From an uncultured Alphaproteobacteria bacterium (GTDB lineage: Bacteria; Pseudomonadota; Alphaproteobacteria; HIMB59; GCA-002718135): a DNA stretch of 64,000 nt. This document shows, piece after piece, positions 61,784 to 64,000 of this stretch; within the stretch, counting starts at the first letter, position 1, and the number at the start of each line of letters is the position of its first letter. The stretch lies in the NCBI GenBank assembly GCA_902615745.1, contig CACMQB010000001.1, positions 26,349-90,348 of the forward strand. The letters are read 5' to 3'. The position numbers and the translations under genes were made by a program. The notes beneath the pieces were generated by a model. It made no database searches. It saw only the letters and a program-made list of their open reading frames with translations, and was not told where the DNA came from.

Positions 61784-62670
61784 TTTAGTCGATCCATTCC
61801 AAATTCTAGCATTTTTATCAGTATAGGGTTTTGACTTAGTTTATTTTTATATTTAATTATAAAAGTATTGATTTTATTATTACATAAATCAGTAACTTGT
61901 TTTTTACCAATTAATTGTAGTAAAGTACTTTTGCCTTGCTCAACATCTTTACCTGGTGTTTTCCCAATTTTTTTAAAAGTTCCAATCTCATCAATTAAAT
62001 CATCTATTACTTGAAAGATTAAACCAAACAACATTCCAAACTCTTTGGCAAATTGAATATCTTTTTTGTTTTTATCTTTTAATATAAAAGGTGCAGAAAA
62101 AGAGAATTCAAATAATTTACCAGTTTTTCTAGAATACATATCTAAAATTTTATTTTTTGATAATTTTTTATTTTCAAATTCTAAATCTAAAGCTTGGCCA
62201 AGAGCTAATCCTTTGTGTCCAATACATAAAGAAAGATAATTTATTAATTTTAATTTAGTAGAATTATCTTTCTTACTAATATCCCCTGAAAGTAATTCAA
62301 ATGCTAAATCGTGTAAAGCATCTCCTGCTAAAATTGCAGTAGCTTCATTAAATTTTCTATGAGTACTTAATTTACCTCTTCTATAATCATCATTATCCAT
62401 TGATGGTAAATCATCGTGTATTAAAGAATATGAATGTATACATTCAATACATGAGGCTATGATCAAGGCATCATTTAATGAAATTTTTGCTATTTTTGCT
62501 GACTCCATTACTAAAAATGGCCTTATTCTTTTTCCTCCATTCATAGAGCCATAAAACATTGCATTTGATAAACTAGATTTATCTAGCTTATTTTTTAAAA
62601 GTTTTTTAAATTTAATATCAAACTTTCTTTTATTTGCATTTATTAACGTTTTTAAGTTCATAGATAACAA
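61780..62670 (-). CDS. ispA: Polyprenyl (farnesyl/geranylgeranyl) diphosphate synthase
   Basis: 296 aa. First Asp-rich motif LIHDDLPSMDNDDYRRG and second Asp-rich motif FQVIDDLID. Confidence 0.9.
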   Translation of the reverse strand: MLSMNLKTLINANKRKFDIKFKKLLKNKLDKSSLSNAMFYGSMNGGKRIRPFLVMESAKIAKISLNDALIIASCIECIHSYSLIHDDLPSMDNDDYRRGKLSTHRKFNEATAILAGDALHDLAFELLSGDISKKDNSTKLKLINYLSLCIGHKGLALGQALDLEFENKKLSKNKILDMYSRKTGKLFEFSFSAPFILKDKNKKDIQFAKEFGMLFGLIFQVIDDLIDEIGTFKKIGKTPGKDVEQGKSTLLQLIGKKQVTDLCNNKINTFIIKYKNKLSQNPILIKMLEFGMDRLN

Positions 62671-62723
62671 TTTATATTTGTTTTAATTTCTAAATTATTT
62701 AATACAAATATGCGAATGTATTT

Positions 62724-63761
62724 ATGAGAATAGAAGAAGAAATTAAACTTGACTACTCAGATGTTCTTTTTAGACCAAAAAGAAGTACTTTAAAAAGTAG
62801 GAAAGATGTTGATTTGAATAGAAAATATACTTTCAAACATTCAAGATTATCATGGCAAGGAATTCCAATAATAGCCTCTAATATGGATGGTGTTGGTGAA
62901 ATAGATGTTGCAAAAAAACTAACTACTCATAAACTAATGACTGCTTTAACAAAACAACATGATATTTATCAAATAGGAACTATTTATAAAAAAAATATTT
63001 TCTTTGATTCAGTTGCTCTTAGTTGTGGTACAAGTAAAGATAGTTACAATAGGTTAAATTCAATTTTAAAAAAATATCCAAAATTTAAATTTATCTGTAT
63101 TGATGTAGCAAATGGATATTCAGAAAACTTTAGTAATTTTGTTTCAGAAGTAAGAAAAAAATATCCAAAAAAAACTATTATTGCAGGAAATGTTGTTACT
63201 GCAGATATGACTCAGGAATTAGTATTAAGTGGAGCGGACATTGTAAAAGTTGGTATTGGTCCTGGAAGTGTCTGCACCACAAGAATACAAACAGGAGTAG
63301 GTTATCCACAACTAAGTGCCGTTATGGAATGCGCTGATGCAGCTCATGGATTAGGAGCGCATATTATAGCTGATGGAGGCTGTACTTGTCCTGGTGATGT
63401 TGCAAAGGGATTTGGTGCTGGTGCAGACTTTGTTATGCTTGGCGGAATGTTAGCAGGCCACAAGGAAGGAGGAGGTGATATAATTGAAGAAAATGGAAGT
63501 AAATATATCGAGTTTTATGGATCAAGTTCAGAAGAAGCAAATGAGAAACATTATGGTGGTCTTGCAAATTATCGATCATCTGAAGGTAAAAAAGTTAAAA
63601 TACGAATGAAGAATTCGCTAGATAGTACAATTAGAGATATTTTAGGAGGCGTGCGAAGTAGTTGTACATACGTAGGCGCTTCATCATTAAAGCAGCTTAG
63701 TAAGTGCACGACATTTGTAAGAGTAAATAATCAGTATAATGACACTTTTGGGAAAGTGTAG
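62724..63761 (+). CDS. guaC: GMP reductase
   Basis: 345 aa. The N-terminus [18 protein letters not shown], the catalytic loop [11 protein letters not shown], and the IMPDH/GMPR barrel lacking a CBS insert. Confidence 0.92.
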   Translation: MRIEEEIKLDYSDVLFRPKRSTLKSRKDVDLNRKYTFKHSRLSWQGIPIIASNMDGVGEIDVAKKLTTHKLMTALTKQHDIYQIGTIYKKNIFFDSVALSCGTSKDSYNRLNSILKKYPKFKFICIDVANGYSENFSNFVSEVRKKYPKKTIIAGNVVTADMTQELVLSGADIVKVGIGPGSVCTTRIQTGVGYPQLSAVMECADAAHGLGAHIIADGGCTCPGDVAKGFGAGADFVMLGGMLAGHKEGGGDIIEENGSKYIEFYGSSSEEANEKHYGGLANYRSSEGKKVKIRMKNSLDSTIRDILGGVRSSCTYVGASSLKQLSKCTTFVRVNNQYNDTFGKV

Positions 63762-63762
63762 A

Positions 63763-64000
63763 TTAGTAGCCTATTGCCATACCATCCTTTCGTGGGTCTG
63801 ATCCCCCAATGAGCACTCCATTTTTTCTATCTATTTTTATACACTGACCGCCACCAATAGCATTTTTATTTATTTTAATTTTATGACCAATATTCTTTAA
63901 TTTTTTTACAATTTTATCATCTAATGAATTCTCAACATTTAAGAGACCATTTAGAGCAAATGCTCTAGGTAAATCCAAGCCTTCTTGTACTGTCATGTTA
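63763..64000 (-). CDS. ggt: Gamma-glutamyltranspeptidase, C-terminal end (partial; the gene continues beyond the window)
   Basis: The C-terminal sequence GGGQCI....NGVLIGGSDPRKDGMAIGY is the conserved GGT small-subunit end. The reading frame stays open to the window edge. Confidence 0.85.
   Translation of the reverse strand, partial: NMTVQEGLDLPRAFALNGLLNVENSLDDKIVKKLKNIGHKIKINKNAIGGGQCIKIDRKNGVLIGGSDPRKDGMAIGY

Overview
The window is AT-rich (roughly 30% G+C by eye, not computed) and very gene-dense. Summing the gaps between the genes I accept leaves only about 1.4 kb (about 2%) intergenic. I call 69 protein-coding features (two partial at the window edges, one a speculative micro-ORF) and one tRNA.

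Gene content and local synteny are alphaproteobacterial: class I LysRS; split pntAA/pntAB/pntB; BolA next to a J-protein-CobS-CobT string; prfA-prmC-DUF4167; COQ9-like; DUF1244, DUF1178 and DUF2177. Proteins are Asn/Lys/Ile-rich, and most gene junctions are overlapping stops and starts. This best fits a streamlined Pelagibacterales (SAR11-like) chromosome. That assignment is an inference and no search was run.

Almost everything is housekeeping:
- DNA repair: uvrB
- Secretion: secA
- Translation: rpsU, rpmB, def, lysK, hisS, prfA, prmC, tgt
- Central metabolism: pyk, pfk, pntAB, accA, aspartate aminotransferase, lysC, argJ, pyrD, guaC, aroKB, ispG, ispA, ubiG, ctaA

I found no transposase, integrase, phage gene, CRISPR array, toxin-antitoxin, restriction-modification or recognisable defence gene, and no long repeats. 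I therefore regard this as an ordinary core region, not an accessory island, and I cannot point to a clearly novel multi-gene system.

The observations most worth a second look are neighbourhood and motif-level hypotheses:
1. Heme A synthase sits 53 bp from, and divergent to, a ferredoxin-NADP reductase plus an adrenodoxin-type ferredoxin. It also heads an overlapping ctaA-SDR-secreted protein-SDR string.
2. A J-domain protein-CobS(AAA+)-CobT(vWA) module lies next to bolA, in a lineage not expected to make cobalamin.
3. A split, order-reversed saccharopine pathway pair (SDH then LKR) is translationally coupled into uvrB.
4. pfk and pyk are both present, and the PFK has a mixed ATP/PPi signature.
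5. yhhQ overlaps a tgt whose substrate-pocket motif differs from the canonical bacterial one.
6. The tRNA-Val(GAC) has C instead of the near-universal U at position 33.

All functional calls rest on motif and family recognition by eye from the supplied translations.
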